In this document: positions 27,525 through 36,478 of the stretch, piece after piece | How the letters are laid out: each line of letters starts with the position of its first letter | How positions within the stretch are numbered: the first letter of the stretch is position 1 | NCBI GenBank assembly: GCA_040005235.1 | Contig: JBDTZG010000039.1 | Coordinates: 1-51,656, forward strand | Direction: 5' to 3' | From: Acidobacteriota bacterium | Lineage (GTDB): Bacteria > Acidobacteriota > Thermoanaerobaculia > Multivoradales > UBA5704 | DNA length: 51,656 nucleotides | Position numbers and translations under genes: made by a program | The notes under the pieces: model-generated | What the model was told of the DNA's origin: nothing | The model's database searches: none | Seen by the model: the letters and a program-made list of their open reading frames with translations, nothing else

Positions 27525-29948
27525 ATGATCCAGTCGATCCGAAACACCGCCCGCCCTCTCGCCTTTGCGCTCCTCAGCTGTGCCGCGGTGGCTTTCGGCG
27601 CCCCTCCGGAAGATCCCGCCCGCCTGCCCACCGGGGCGCGGCTCGATCCGGCGGGCACGCTCTACGATCTGGGCAATCTGCCGGTGAACGCTTTGCTCAC
27701 CCCGGGCGGCGAGCGGCTGGTCGTCTTGTCGAGCGGCTGGCGCGAGCAGGGTATTCAGGTGGTCGATCGCCGTTCGGGGGCCGTCCTTCAGACGCTGCCC
27801 CAGACCGCCGCGTTCCTGGGGCTCGCTTTCTCGCGGGACGGCAAGACGCTTTACGCCTCCGGCGGCGATGCCGACGTGGTCTATCGCTACGCCTGGGACG
27901 GCGAGAGCGCCAAACCGCTCCCGCCGTTCGTTCTGGCGAAGAAGTTCGAGGGGAAAGACGCCACCCGCTACGCCGCGGGGCTGAGCCTGTCGCGCGACGG
28001 CGCCCGGCTTTACGTCGCCGAAAACCTCTCCGACACGCTCGCCGTTCTCGACGCCGTGACCGGCAAGGTGCTCGACCGGCTCGCCACGGGACTCTATCCG
28101 TACGCCGTGGCGGTGGCGCCGAACGGCACCGTCTACGTCTCGGCCTGGGGTGGAGACGGCGTCGCGGTCTTTCGCCCCGGAAAAACCGGCAAGCTTCAAG
28201 ACGCGGGCTCAATCGTGGTCGGACGCCACCCCTCGGCCCTGCTGTTGAACGCGAGCGGCTCGCGTCTGTTCGTCGCCTCGGCGAGCACCGACCGGGTGGC
28301 CGTGGTCGATACGGCGCGCCGCAAGGTGATCTCCACCCTCCTCGATCCGCCGCCGGCCGGCCCGCACGAGGGCTCGACGCCGAATGCCCTCGCGCTATCG
28401 AAAGACGGCCGACGGCTGTTCGTCGCCGAGGCCGACGCGAACGCCGTCGCGGTCTTCGATCTTTCGCCCCGCACTTGCGGGGTGACCGGAGGCGCGGCGA
28501 AGAAAGCGAAGGGGAGCGCCGACAAACTCGCCGGGCGTATTCCGGTCGGCTGGTACCCGACCGCGGTGATCGCCGATCGCGGCGACCTGCTGGTGATCGA
28601 CGCCAAGGGGCGCGGAACCGGGCCGAATTGGGGGATGGCGCAACCGCCGGTAAAGCTCGCCAAGGATTCCCACGACTACACCCTCGGCCAATTGAACGGC
28701 ACGCTCTCGGTGATTCCCGAGGCGGCGCTCGGCGACCTGCCCGCGCTCTCGGAGCGGGTGGCGCGCGCGAACGGCTGGGATCGCACCCGCTCGGCGGCCG
28801 CCTATCCCCCGTTCGAGCACGTGATCTACATCGTCAAAGAGAACCGCACCTACGACCAGGTCTTCGGCGACTTGCCTCAGGGCGACGGCGACACTTCGCT
28901 CCTGTTCTTCCCGCGAGAGATCTCGCCCAACCACCACGCGCTCGCCGAGCGCTTCGGCCTGTTCGACCGCTTCTTCGTCAACGCGGAGGTCAGTGCGCAA
29001 GGCCACCCCTGGTCCACCGCCGCCTATGTCACCGATTTCACCGAGAAGACGGTCTCCTCGTCCTACTCCGACCGGCGCCCCGGCCGCGACGAGGACGGGG
29101 ACGAGGAGGATTCCGCAAGCGGCTACCTCTGGAACCTGGCGATCGCCAAGCACTTGAGCCTGCGCGTCTACGGCGAATACGCCGAGCCGGTGAAGGATTC
29201 GAACCCGGTCACCTACCGCTCGACCAAGGCTGCTTTAAGGCCCTACACCAGCCCCGACTATCCGGCGTTCGACATGAAGATCCCCGACCAGAAGCGGCTG
29301 GCGGTTTGGCTGCGGGATTTCAACGGATTCGTAGCGGCGGGGAAGATGCCGGCGCTCCAGATCCTTCACCTGCCGAGCGATCACACCTCCGGCGCCCGGC
29401 CGGGCCAGATGACGCCCCGCGCCCACATGGCGGACAACGACCTCGCGCTCGGCCGAATCGTCGAGGCGCTGTCGACCAGCCCGTTCTGGAGCAACACAGT
29501 GATCTTCGCGCTCGAAGACGACGCGCAGGCGGGACCCGATCACGTCGACTCGCACAGGAGTGTGATGCTCGCGATCTCGGCGTACAACAACGGAGGCGTC
29601 AGCCACCGCTTCGTCAACACGACCGACGTCCTGGCGACGATCGAGGAGATCCTCCACCTCGGCAACCTCTCGCAGTTCGATCATTACGGCCGGCCGCTGC
29701 GCGAGATCTTCTGCCGCCAGGCGGATCTCACCCCCTACCACCCGCTAGTCCCCCCGGTACCGCTCGACGAGCTGAACCCCGCGGCGGGACCGGGAGCGCA
29801 GGCCTCGGCCCGGCTCAGGCTGGACATTCCCGATGCTTCCGACGACGACCTATTCAACCGCATCCTCTGGAGCGCCATCCGCGGCGAGGCCGTCCCCTAC
29901 CCCAAGCCGAAGCGGGTCTCGGTCAAAGATCTGACGCTCGCGCGTTGA
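27525..29948 (+). CDS. Secreted YVTN beta-propeller + phosphoesterase-family protein
   Basis: Signal peptide, repeats like [44 protein letters not shown]. Confidence 0.88.
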   Translation: MIQSIRNTARPLAFALLSCAAVAFGAPPEDPARLPTGARLDPAGTLYDLGNLPVNALLTPGGERLVVLSSGWREQGIQVVDRRSGAVLQTLPQTAAFLGLAFSRDGKTLYASGGDADVVYRYAWDGESAKPLPPFVLAKKFEGKDATRYAAGLSLSRDGARLYVAENLSDTLAVLDAVTGKVLDRLATGLYPYAVAVAPNGTVYVSAWGGDGVAVFRPGKTGKLQDAGSIVVGRHPSALLLNASGSRLFVASASTDRVAVVDTARRKVISTLLDPPPAGPHEGSTPNALALSKDGRRLFVAEADANAVAVFDLSPRTCGVTGGAAKKAKGSADKLAGRIPVGWYPTAVIADRGDLLVIDAKGRGTGPNWGMAQPPVKLAKDSHDYTLGQLNGTLSVIPEAALGDLPALSERVARANGWDRTRSAAAYPPFEHVIYIVKENRTYDQVFGDLPQGDGDTSLLFFPREISPNHHALAERFGLFDRFFVNAEVSAQGHPWSTAAYVTDFTEKTVSSSYSDRRPGRDEDGDEEDSASGYLWNLAIAKHLSLRVYGEYAEPVKDSNPVTYRSTKAALRPYTSPDYPAFDMKIPDQKRLAVWLRDFNGFVAAGKMPALQILHLPSDHTSGARPGQMTPRAHMADNDLALGRIVEALSTSPFWSNTVIFALEDDAQAGPDHVDSHRSVMLAISAYNNGGVSHRFVNTTDVLATIEEILHLGNLSQFDHYGRPLREIFCRQADLTPYHPLVPPVPLDELNPAAGPGAQASARLRLDIPDASDDDLFNRILWSAIRGEAVPYPKPKRVSVKDLTLAR

Positions 29949-29972
29949 CGGCGCGCCCCTCGTCCCCTGCGG

Positions 29973-31817
29973 TCAGTTCTCTTTCAACCGGTTGCGGCTC
30001 GGGCCGCGCTCGCGCAGATTTTCCTCTTCGTGCAGTTGAACGCGGGCGCGCATGATTCCTGCCCGGCCCAGATAACCGACCAGGCGCCGGGGGTCGTGGC
30101 GGTCGACGATGGGCAGCCGGCCGATGTCGTTTCCGAGCATCCGCGAGACCGCATCCCGCAGGAGCTCGTCGGGAAAGGCGACGATGAGGTTTCGGGTCCC
30201 GGAGTCCAGTACGCTCGTGGCCCTTCCCCGGTCGTCCTCCATCGCCCGCATGAGATCGCTGCGCGTGATGATCCCCGCGAGCGCTCCCTCCGCATCGACG
30301 ATCGGGATGCCCTGACGGCCCATGAGGGCGGGGTTGCCGGCGGCGATCTCCGCCGCGAGCTCCGCGACGGTCATCGATTCGGGAATCGTGATCACGTCCC
30401 TGTCCATGACCTCGCCGATGCGATGGATCTCGAAAGGGTCCACGCTGTACTCGCGCACCAGGTGAAGGCCGCGGCGGGCTATTTTCTCCGTCAGGATCGA
30501 GCGGCGGAGCAGCAGGACCGTCGCGCCGTGTGCGACCACCGAACCCACCAGAAGGGCTGGCAAGACGTTCCAGTCGTGAGTCAGCTCGGCGGCGAAAAGA
30601 ATCGCGGTCAACGGCGAGCGCATCGTTCCGCCCATCATCGCGGACATGCTGACCATCGCCCAGAGGCCGGCGTCGCCCACCGGGATGAGCGTTGATTCGA
30701 GCGCACCCAGGCCGCCGCCCATGATGAGCAAGGGTGCGAGCACGCCTCCCGAAGTACCGGATCCCAGGGCCACGGACCAGACCACCGCTTTGATCAGAAG
30801 CAGCACCGCTGCGGAAGCGCCGACGAGATGGCCGGCGAGGAGATCCTGGATGGTGTCGTAACCTACGCCCAAGACGCGCGGGTCAATCAGGCCGCCGATG
30901 CCGACAGCGAGGCCGCCGAGGATCGGCCACCACATCCAGTGCACGGGAAGCTTGCTGAAGAGATCCTCGAAGGCGTAAACCAGCGCGGTGAGCAGCCCCG
31001 AGGCCAGCCCCGCCGCTAGCGCCACGAGAACCGCGAAGCCGATCGCCTCGGCGCCGAGCGGAGCGTGTGCGGAAACGGGAAAGATCGGACCCGCGCCAAG
31101 GAGCGGCACCCGCAGGAGCGCGGCGACGACGGAGGCCACCGCCACCGGAATGAAGCTCCGCGGCTTCCACTCGAAGAGCAGCAATTCCACCGCAAGCAAC
31201 ACCGCCGCCATCGGGGTCGCGAAAATGGCCGCCATGCCGGCCGCGGCGCCGGCCACCAGCAAGGTCTTCCGCTCTGCGGAAGACAGGTGAAACAGCTGGG
31301 CGACCAGAGAGCCCACGGCTCCGCCGGTCATGATGATCGGGCCTTCGGCGCCGAACGGACCGCCGGTGCCGATCGAGATCGCCGACGAAACCGGCTTGAG
31401 CAGCGCGACCTTCGGTTCGACCCGGCTGCGCCCGATGAGAATGGCTTCCAGGGCTTCGGGGATTCCGTGGCCGCGAATTTTCTCCGAGCCGTAGCGCGCC
31501 ATGATGCCGATCACCAAGCCGCCGACGGCGGGAACGAGCACGGCCCAATAACCAAGCGTATTGCCTGCCGGTGACGTGAAGTGCGACGAGAAGCGCTGGT
31601 AGTAGGCGAGGTTGGTGATAACGGCGATCAACCAGACCAGCGCCGAGGCGACGAAGGCCGCGAGCAAGCCGATCAGCGCCGCCAGTCCGGCTAAAACGAG
31701 AACGCGTCGATCGGTGCTGAAATCGGCCAGCCTGTCGTGCGATGCGTGGAGCCCTTGGCGGGCGGAATCATCGGCCTCGGGCCGGGATTGACGATCCGAT
31801 GCGACATCGACACTCAT
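29973..31817 (-). CDS. ClC-family chloride channel/transporter with tandem CBS domains
   Basis: GHGIPE, GPFGAEGP, GVGY motifs; C-terminal CBS pair. Confidence 0.93.
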   Translation of the reverse strand: MSVDVASDRQSRPEADDSARQGLHASHDRLADFSTDRRVLVLAGLAALIGLLAAFVASALVWLIAVITNLAYYQRFSSHFTSPAGNTLGYWAVLVPAVGGLVIGIMARYGSEKIRGHGIPEALEAILIGRSRVEPKVALLKPVSSAISIGTGGPFGAEGPIIMTGGAVGSLVAQLFHLSSAERKTLLVAGAAAGMAAIFATPMAAVLLAVELLLFEWKPRSFIPVAVASVVAALLRVPLLGAGPIFPVSAHAPLGAEAIGFAVLVALAAGLASGLLTALVYAFEDLFSKLPVHWMWWPILGGLAVGIGGLIDPRVLGVGYDTIQDLLAGHLVGASAAVLLLIKAVVWSVALGSGTSGGVLAPLLIMGGGLGALESTLIPVGDAGLWAMVSMSAMMGGTMRSPLTAILFAAELTHDWNVLPALLVGSVVAHGATVLLLRRSILTEKIARRGLHLVREYSVDPFEIHRIGEVMDRDVITIPESMTVAELAAEIAAGNPALMGRQGIPIVDAEGALAGIITRSDLMRAMEDDRGRATSVLDSGTRNLIVAFPDELLRDAVSRMLGNDIGRLPIVDRHDPRRLVGYLGRAGIMRARVQLHEEENLRERGPSRNRLKEN

Positions 31818-31882
31818 CGCTTGAGAGACCTCCAGAGGGTAGGGGCGCGTACGGGAAAATCGCGGCGTCGCGAGCCTATATA

Positions 31883-31897
31883 TATCGCAGCGCGATA
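31883..31897. promoter_or_regulatory. Inverted repeat, putative MarR operator
   Basis: TATCGC-AGC-GCGATA next to an AT-rich tract between divergent clc and marR. Confidence 0.55.
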
Positions 31898-31920
31898 CAA
31901 ACGAGAAGTAGAATGCCTCG

Positions 31921-32334
31921 GTGCCCGGACCGGTGAGCGACGAACAGTTCCGCATGCTGGCGCGATTCCGCGCCTCGTTACGGCGATTTCTCCGCTTCAG
32001 CGAAGAGGCAGCGCGCGTCGCGGGCCTGACGCCCCAGCAGCACCAGGCGCTACTCGCGATGAGGGGGAGCCCGGACGAGCCAATGACGATCGGCGAGATC
32101 GCGCTCGAGCTTGCGGTGCGTCCTCACAGCGCCGTGGGTCTGGTCGACCGCTTGGCCGCCAAGGATTTGGTCGAACGCGTGCGCTCCGAAGGCGATCGCC
32201 GCGTGGTACGCGTTCGGCTTACCACCGAAGGGCGAAGCTCGCTCGCCAGCCTCGCCGCCGCGCACCGCGCCGAGTTGCGGCGAATCGGACCGGAGCTGGC
32301 GGAGCTTTTGGCCGCGCTAGGGCAGGACTCGTAG
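31921..32334 (+). CDS. MarR-family transcriptional regulator
   Basis: GLTPQQHQALL, HSAVGLVDRL, DRRVVRVRLT. Confidence 0.92.
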   Translation: MPGPVSDEQFRMLARFRASLRRFLRFSEEAARVAGLTPQQHQALLAMRGSPDEPMTIGEIALELAVRPHSAVGLVDRLAAKDLVERVRSEGDRRVVRVRLTTEGRSSLASLAAAHRAELRRIGPELAELLAALGQDS

Positions 32335-32348
32335 CCGCCGATTCGGTC

Positions 32349-32642
32349 GGCGAATTCGATTTTCTGGTCCGCGAAATCGTTCATCCGGCCCCGAGATTCG
32401 ATTTCCTCATCGGCGAATTAGATTTTCTGGCCCGCGAAATCGAATTTCTCATCGGCGAAATCGTTCATCCGATTCGCGAAATCGAATTTCCCACCGGGAA
32501 AATCGTTCATCTGGCTCGCGAAATCAGTTTTCTCGCTGCGGAAATCGATTTCCTCACCCGCGAAATCGTTCATCCGGTCCGGAAATTCGATTTCCTCGTT
32601 CGCGAAATCGAATTTCTCTCCCGCGAAATCGAATTCCGCGAG
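32349..32642. repeat. Degenerate tandem 21-bp repeat array, 14 units (consensus ~CGCGAAATCGATTTTCTCATC)
   Basis: Units start at 32349, 32370, 32391...32622 with no indels; quasi-palindromic GAAATCGATTTC core. Confidence 0.93.
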
Positions 32643-32845
32643 CTTCATGCCCCTTCCCTGGGCCTTTCCGCCGATCCCGCTGGCCGCATTTTCCCCCGCT
32701 CTGAGAGTACAAAGCGGACCCCCCCAAAAAGAATGTTCGCCGACCTATCGTTTTCTCAGGGGTGTGTCCGTTACGGTCTGTCGCGTGATGTTTGTCGGGC
32801 ACCACCGGGCCGCATTTCGCGGTTCGTTTCTCAAAAGGAGGCAGC

Positions 32846-33208
32846 ATGAAAGACGCGACGTTCGGGGCCAAGATCAACCAGTGCGACGTGACGATCCAAA
32901 ACATCCAGGAGGCGATTCCCGGCATCCCGGGAGGCGAGGCTCACCTCGCCGAAATTCGCCGGCGGGTCGACGCTCTCCGCACCACCCAAGAAACCTGTCA
33001 GATGCTGCGCGGCCAGCTGACGGATGCGTTGGTCCTTCGCCGACGGCAGAACAAGGAGGCCAGCGAAGGCTTCCGGAAGCTCGCGGCCGTCGCCCGCGCT
33101 CAATACGGTTGGGCCAACCCGGTTCTCGAAAGCTTCAACATCCGCTCCGAGCACCGAGCCAAGCGCGGCCGTAAGAAGAAGGAGGAGAAGCCCGCACCGG
33201 CAGTCTGA
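32846..33208 (+). CDS. Hypothetical 120-aa helical protein with basic C-terminal tail
   Basis: AAGGAGG RBS; MKDATFGAKI...ARAQYGWANPVLESFNIRSEHRAKRGRKKKEEK. Confidence 0.8.
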   Translation: MKDATFGAKINQCDVTIQNIQEAIPGIPGGEAHLAEIRRRVDALRTTQETCQMLRGQLTDALVLRRRQNKEASEGFRKLAAVARAQYGWANPVLESFNIRSEHRAKRGRKKKEEKPAPAV

Positions 33209-33315
33209 TCTCGCAGGGTGTGCCGTGCGCACCGTCCAAAGGGAGCTCCCGCGGCCTGCAGGCAGGACACACCCATCGAAGCAAGCCGAGATCAATTTAG
33301 CTAGCCGTTCGAAGC

Positions 33316-33350
33316 AAGAGGGTGGGGCTTGGCCGGCCCCACCCTCTTTT
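33316..33350 (+). terminator. Intrinsic terminator (possibly bidirectional)
   Basis: AAGAGGGTGGGGC-N7-GCCCCACCCTCTT followed by TT, between convergent genes. Confidence 0.75.
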
Positions 33351-33475
33351 CCTCGGGCTCTCGCACGAGCCGGCTTGGCGAGGACTAAGAAGACACCATG
33401 GCCCCGATCCTCAAGGCGTCGCCGCAGCAAAGGTCTCCCGGGACTAGCGGCCTAGTGAGGTCGCGAGGGAGGTGC

Positions 33476-33613
33476 CTATTTTTCCTGGCACGTCATGCAG
33501 CTGGCCTCAACCATGCTGCAGGTCTGGCTGCCGCTGGCTCCTCCGTCCACACCCTGAAGAGCCTCCGTCAACGGTCGCACGGTTTCCTTTCGAAGCGTAA
33601 GTTTTTTCTTCAT
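33476..33613 (-). CDS. Lanthipeptide-like RiPP precursor (45 aa)
   Basis: GAGG RBS; leader MKKKLTLRKETVRPLTEALQGVDGG + core ASGSQTCSMVEASCMTCQEK. Confidence 0.72.
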   Translation of the reverse strand: MKKKLTLRKETVRPLTEALQGVDGGASGSQTCSMVEASCMTCQEK

Positions 33614-33797
33614 GGGATCCTCACTCGAAGCCAGGGCGGCGTCAGTGCCGACCACGAAAGCTAAGGACACCATGAACAGGCCGGCGTGTAGATTGCTGCG
33701 ACGGAGAGGCTGGACCGGTAGCACCCTCGGGTCGTTTTTTCGGGGAGCTCTTCTGGATCTCGACGCGATCTACCCGCAATCGAACGGCGCTTCGGTT

Positions 33798-34808
33798 CTA
33801 GCCGAGGTAGTCGAGCGCCTGGGCGCGTCGCGGCCGTGCGTCGCCGCCCTCGCGCCAGCGCTTGCATAGATCCCCCGCCGCCGTTGTCCACTCCGGAAAC
33901 TGAAACGTAAACCCGGCCTCCAGCAGCCTTCCCGGCACCACTCTCCGGCTCTTCAAAATCAGCTCGGTTTCCGTGCGCAGGAAGAGGGCTCCGATCTCCA
34001 ACATCCAGCGGTTGGCGGGAAGGCCGATGCGGGTTCCCCAGGCTTGGCGGATGGCGCGCATGAAGTCTGCGTTGGGGAGCGGGTTCGGCGAGGCGAGGTT
34101 GACGGCTCCGTCGATTTCCTCGTGGTCGAGGAGGAAGCGGATCGCGGCGAGGAAGTCGTTGCCGTGCATCCAAGAGACGTATTGCCGGCCGTCTCCGGAG
34201 GCTCCTCCGAGACCGCGGCGGACGAGGCCGAGGAGCACGTCGAAAATGCCTCCTCGATCGGGGCTCATCACCATGGCGGAGCGGAGGGCGACCTTGCGGG
34301 TTTGCGGCGTTTTGGCTTCGGCGAGCGTGGCTTCCCAGGCTTTGGCGACCTCGATGCTGAAGCGCCAGGTGTCCGGGACACCGGGCTCGTTGCCGCCGAG
34401 GATGCCGGTCGCCTCGTCGTTTCCCGCGTCGTAGCGGTGGGCGTAGATCGTCGCCGTGCTCATCTGCAGCCAGACGCGGGGAGGCCGAGCCGCCTGGGCG
34501 ATCGCTTCGCCGATCGTCCTCGTCGAATCGACGCGCGAAAGCACGATCCGCCGGCGGTTTTCTGCGGTGTAGCGGCAGTCGACGCTCCGTCCCGCGAGAT
34601 TCAGGACGACGTCCGCGCCTTCGATCTCCTCGGTCCAAGGTCCGAGCGTGCGGCCGTCCCAGGCGACCGTGCGCCAAGGCGCGGCGGGCGACTTCCCGCC
34701 CGCGCCAGGGTTTCGGCCAAGGACCACCACCTCGTGCCCCTCGGCGGAAAAAGAAACTGCGACCAGACGGCCCACCTGGCCGGAGCCTCCCGGCAGGATG
34801 ATCTTCAT
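33798..34808 (-). CDS. TIGR01777/DUF1731 NAD-dependent epimerase-family protein
   Basis: MKIILPGGSGQVG, NLAGRSV, AKAWE, SWMH..D, SRRVVPGRLLEAGFTFQFP. Confidence 0.92.
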   Translation of the reverse strand: MKIILPGGSGQVGRLVAVSFSAEGHEVVVLGRNPGAGGKSPAAPWRTVAWDGRTLGPWTEEIEGADVVLNLAGRSVDCRYTAENRRRIVLSRVDSTRTIGEAIAQAARPPRVWLQMSTATIYAHRYDAGNDEATGILGGNEPGVPDTWRFSIEVAKAWEATLAEAKTPQTRKVALRSAMVMSPDRGGIFDVLLGLVRRGLGGASGDGRQYVSWMHGNDFLAAIRFLLDHEEIDGAVNLASPNPLPNADFMRAIRQAWGTRIGLPANRWMLEIGALFLRTETELILKSRRVVPGRLLEAGFTFQFPEWTTAAGDLCKRWREGGDARPRRAQALDYLG

Positions 34809-35419
34809 GGGTTCGCTTCCCCCCAGCGCAGCCCTTCGCCCTCGGCGTCGATTCCCAGCTTGTCGAGGATGCGCAGGGCGTAGTGGTCGAGGAAACGCGG
34901 TAGGTTCTCCCCTCCGATGTAGAACGCCGGAACCGGCGGCAGGATCGTCGCCCCCGCGATCAGCAGACGCCGCATGTTTTCCAGGTGAACCAGGCTGTAG
35001 GGAGTCTCTCGAAAGCCGAGGATCAGCGGCCAGCGTTCTTTGAGCGCCACGGCCCCCGCGCGGTGGACCAGCGTGCGGGCCGAACCGGTCGCGAGGGCGC
35101 CCAGGGTTCCCGCGCTGCACGGCAGGACGACCGCGCCGGTCAGGCGATAGGAGCCGGAGGCGATCGGCGCGTCCAGCTCGTTGTCGCGGTGGATGCGGAT
35201 CTTCGCCCGGAGCGCATCGGGAAGGCCCGCCGCGTCCACCAGGTCGGCCGCGCCCGTCTTTTCCGGCCCCAGCTCGTGGCGCAGCACCTGGCTCGCTCCG
35301 GCGGAGACCGCGAGGTGTATCCGCTCGATGCCTGGATGCTCGGCGAGCCTGCCGAGCACGTGGCGCGGCAGCAGCATGCCGGACGCGCCGGAGACCAGCA
35401 GGGCGATGCGATGGGTCAT
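34805..35419 (-). CDS. ubiX: UbiX flavin prenyltransferase
   Basis: SGASG, APIASGS, PCSAGTL, LKER, RETP, PPVPAFY. Confidence 0.9.
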   Translation of the reverse strand: MTHRIALLVSGASGMLLPRHVLGRLAEHPGIERIHLAVSAGASQVLRHELGPEKTGAADLVDAAGLPDALRAKIRIHRDNELDAPIASGSYRLTGAVVLPCSAGTLGALATGSARTLVHRAGAVALKERWPLILGFRETPYSLVHLENMRRLLIAGATILPPVPAFYIGGENLPRFLDHYALRILDKLGIDAEGEGLRWGEANP

Positions 35420-36459
35420 GAGGTTTCGGGGGGTTGCGGCGAGGGAGGCGGTTGCGCCGCCGGGGGAGGAGCGGCCCCCGTGGCGAGAGAGAAGATCGAA
35501 GCTGCGCCGTCCGGCTGGATCACCCGCACCTCGTGCTGCGGGTAGGGGATCTCGATCTCCTCCTCGCGGAAGCGGCGGAAGATCGCGAAATAAAGCTCGC
35601 TTTTGAGCGTCTGCGGGGTGCGCAGGTGGCGCGAAGTCCAGACCCTGAGCTGAAAATTGAGGGCGCTGTCGCCAAAGCCGAAAAACACCACGTCCGGCGC
35701 CGGCTCCTTGAGCACTCCGTCGTTGGCGAGGGCGACCTCGATCAGCACCTCCCGCACCCGCTCGGGATCGCTCGAGTAGGCGACGCCCAGATCGAGCGAG
35801 AAGCGGGCATGCCGGCCGTGGGCGCTCCAGTTCGTCACCCGCTCGGTCAGCTCCGAATTCGGCACGATGATCACCACGTTGTCGTTGGTCTGCACCCAGG
35901 TGGTGCGCGCGCCGATCTGCTTGACGTCGCCGAGCAGGTTCGAGACCTCGATCCGGTCCCCCACCTTCACCCCGCGCTCGATCAGCAGGATCAGGCCGGA
36001 GACGAAATCCTTGGCCAACGACTGGAGGCCAAAGCCGATGCCGAAACCGATCGCGCCGCCGACGATCGCGAAGCTCGAAAGATCGATCCCCGCGGCTTGG
36101 AGGCCAACGAACAGCCCGCCCAGGAACACCGCGTAACCGACGCCGCGGGAGATCGCGTATTTCTGCCCCTCGTCGATCGAGGTGCGCGAGAGGATGCGCT
36201 TTTGAAGAAACTTCCCGCTGCCGCGGGAGACCAGGTTCAGAAGGATCAGAAAGATCGCCGCCTTGAGCAGGAAGGCGGGCGAGACGGGTAAGCTCCCGAG
36301 GTCGAACAGCGGCTGCGACCAGAGGTCTTGTGCGTCGGCCCGGAGGCGGCCGACCCCTCCCTCTAGGCGATTCTGTTGCCGCAGCAACCCGAATCCGATG
36401 CCGGCGGCCAGCAGGGCCACCCCCATTCCGAGCGTCCAGCGGCCGAGACCCTTGGTCAT
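35416..36459 (-). CDS. MscS-family mechanosensitive channel
   Basis: GIGFGLQSLAKDFVSG, VGDRIEV, IVPNS, FGDSALNF, IEIPYPQ. Confidence 0.93.
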   Translation of the reverse strand: MTKGLGRWTLGMGVALLAAGIGFGLLRQQNRLEGGVGRLRADAQDLWSQPLFDLGSLPVSPAFLLKAAIFLILLNLVSRGSGKFLQKRILSRTSIDEGQKYAISRGVGYAVFLGGLFVGLQAAGIDLSSFAIVGGAIGFGIGFGLQSLAKDFVSGLILLIERGVKVGDRIEVSNLLGDVKQIGARTTWVQTNDNVVIIVPNSELTERVTNWSAHGRHARFSLDLGVAYSSDPERVREVLIEVALANDGVLKEPAPDVVFFGFGDSALNFQLRVWTSRHLRTPQTLKSELYFAIFRRFREEEIEIPYPQHEVRVIQPDGAASIFSLATGAAPPPAAQPPPSPQPPETS

Positions 36460-36478
36460 CGAGCCCTCCGCCGCGGCG

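Noticed and set aside
34805-35419. Flavoprotein as a LanD/EpiD decarboxylase for the nearby precursor
   Set aside because: Motifs (SGS, LKER, RETP, PAFY) are those of UbiX, and the precursor does not end in Cys
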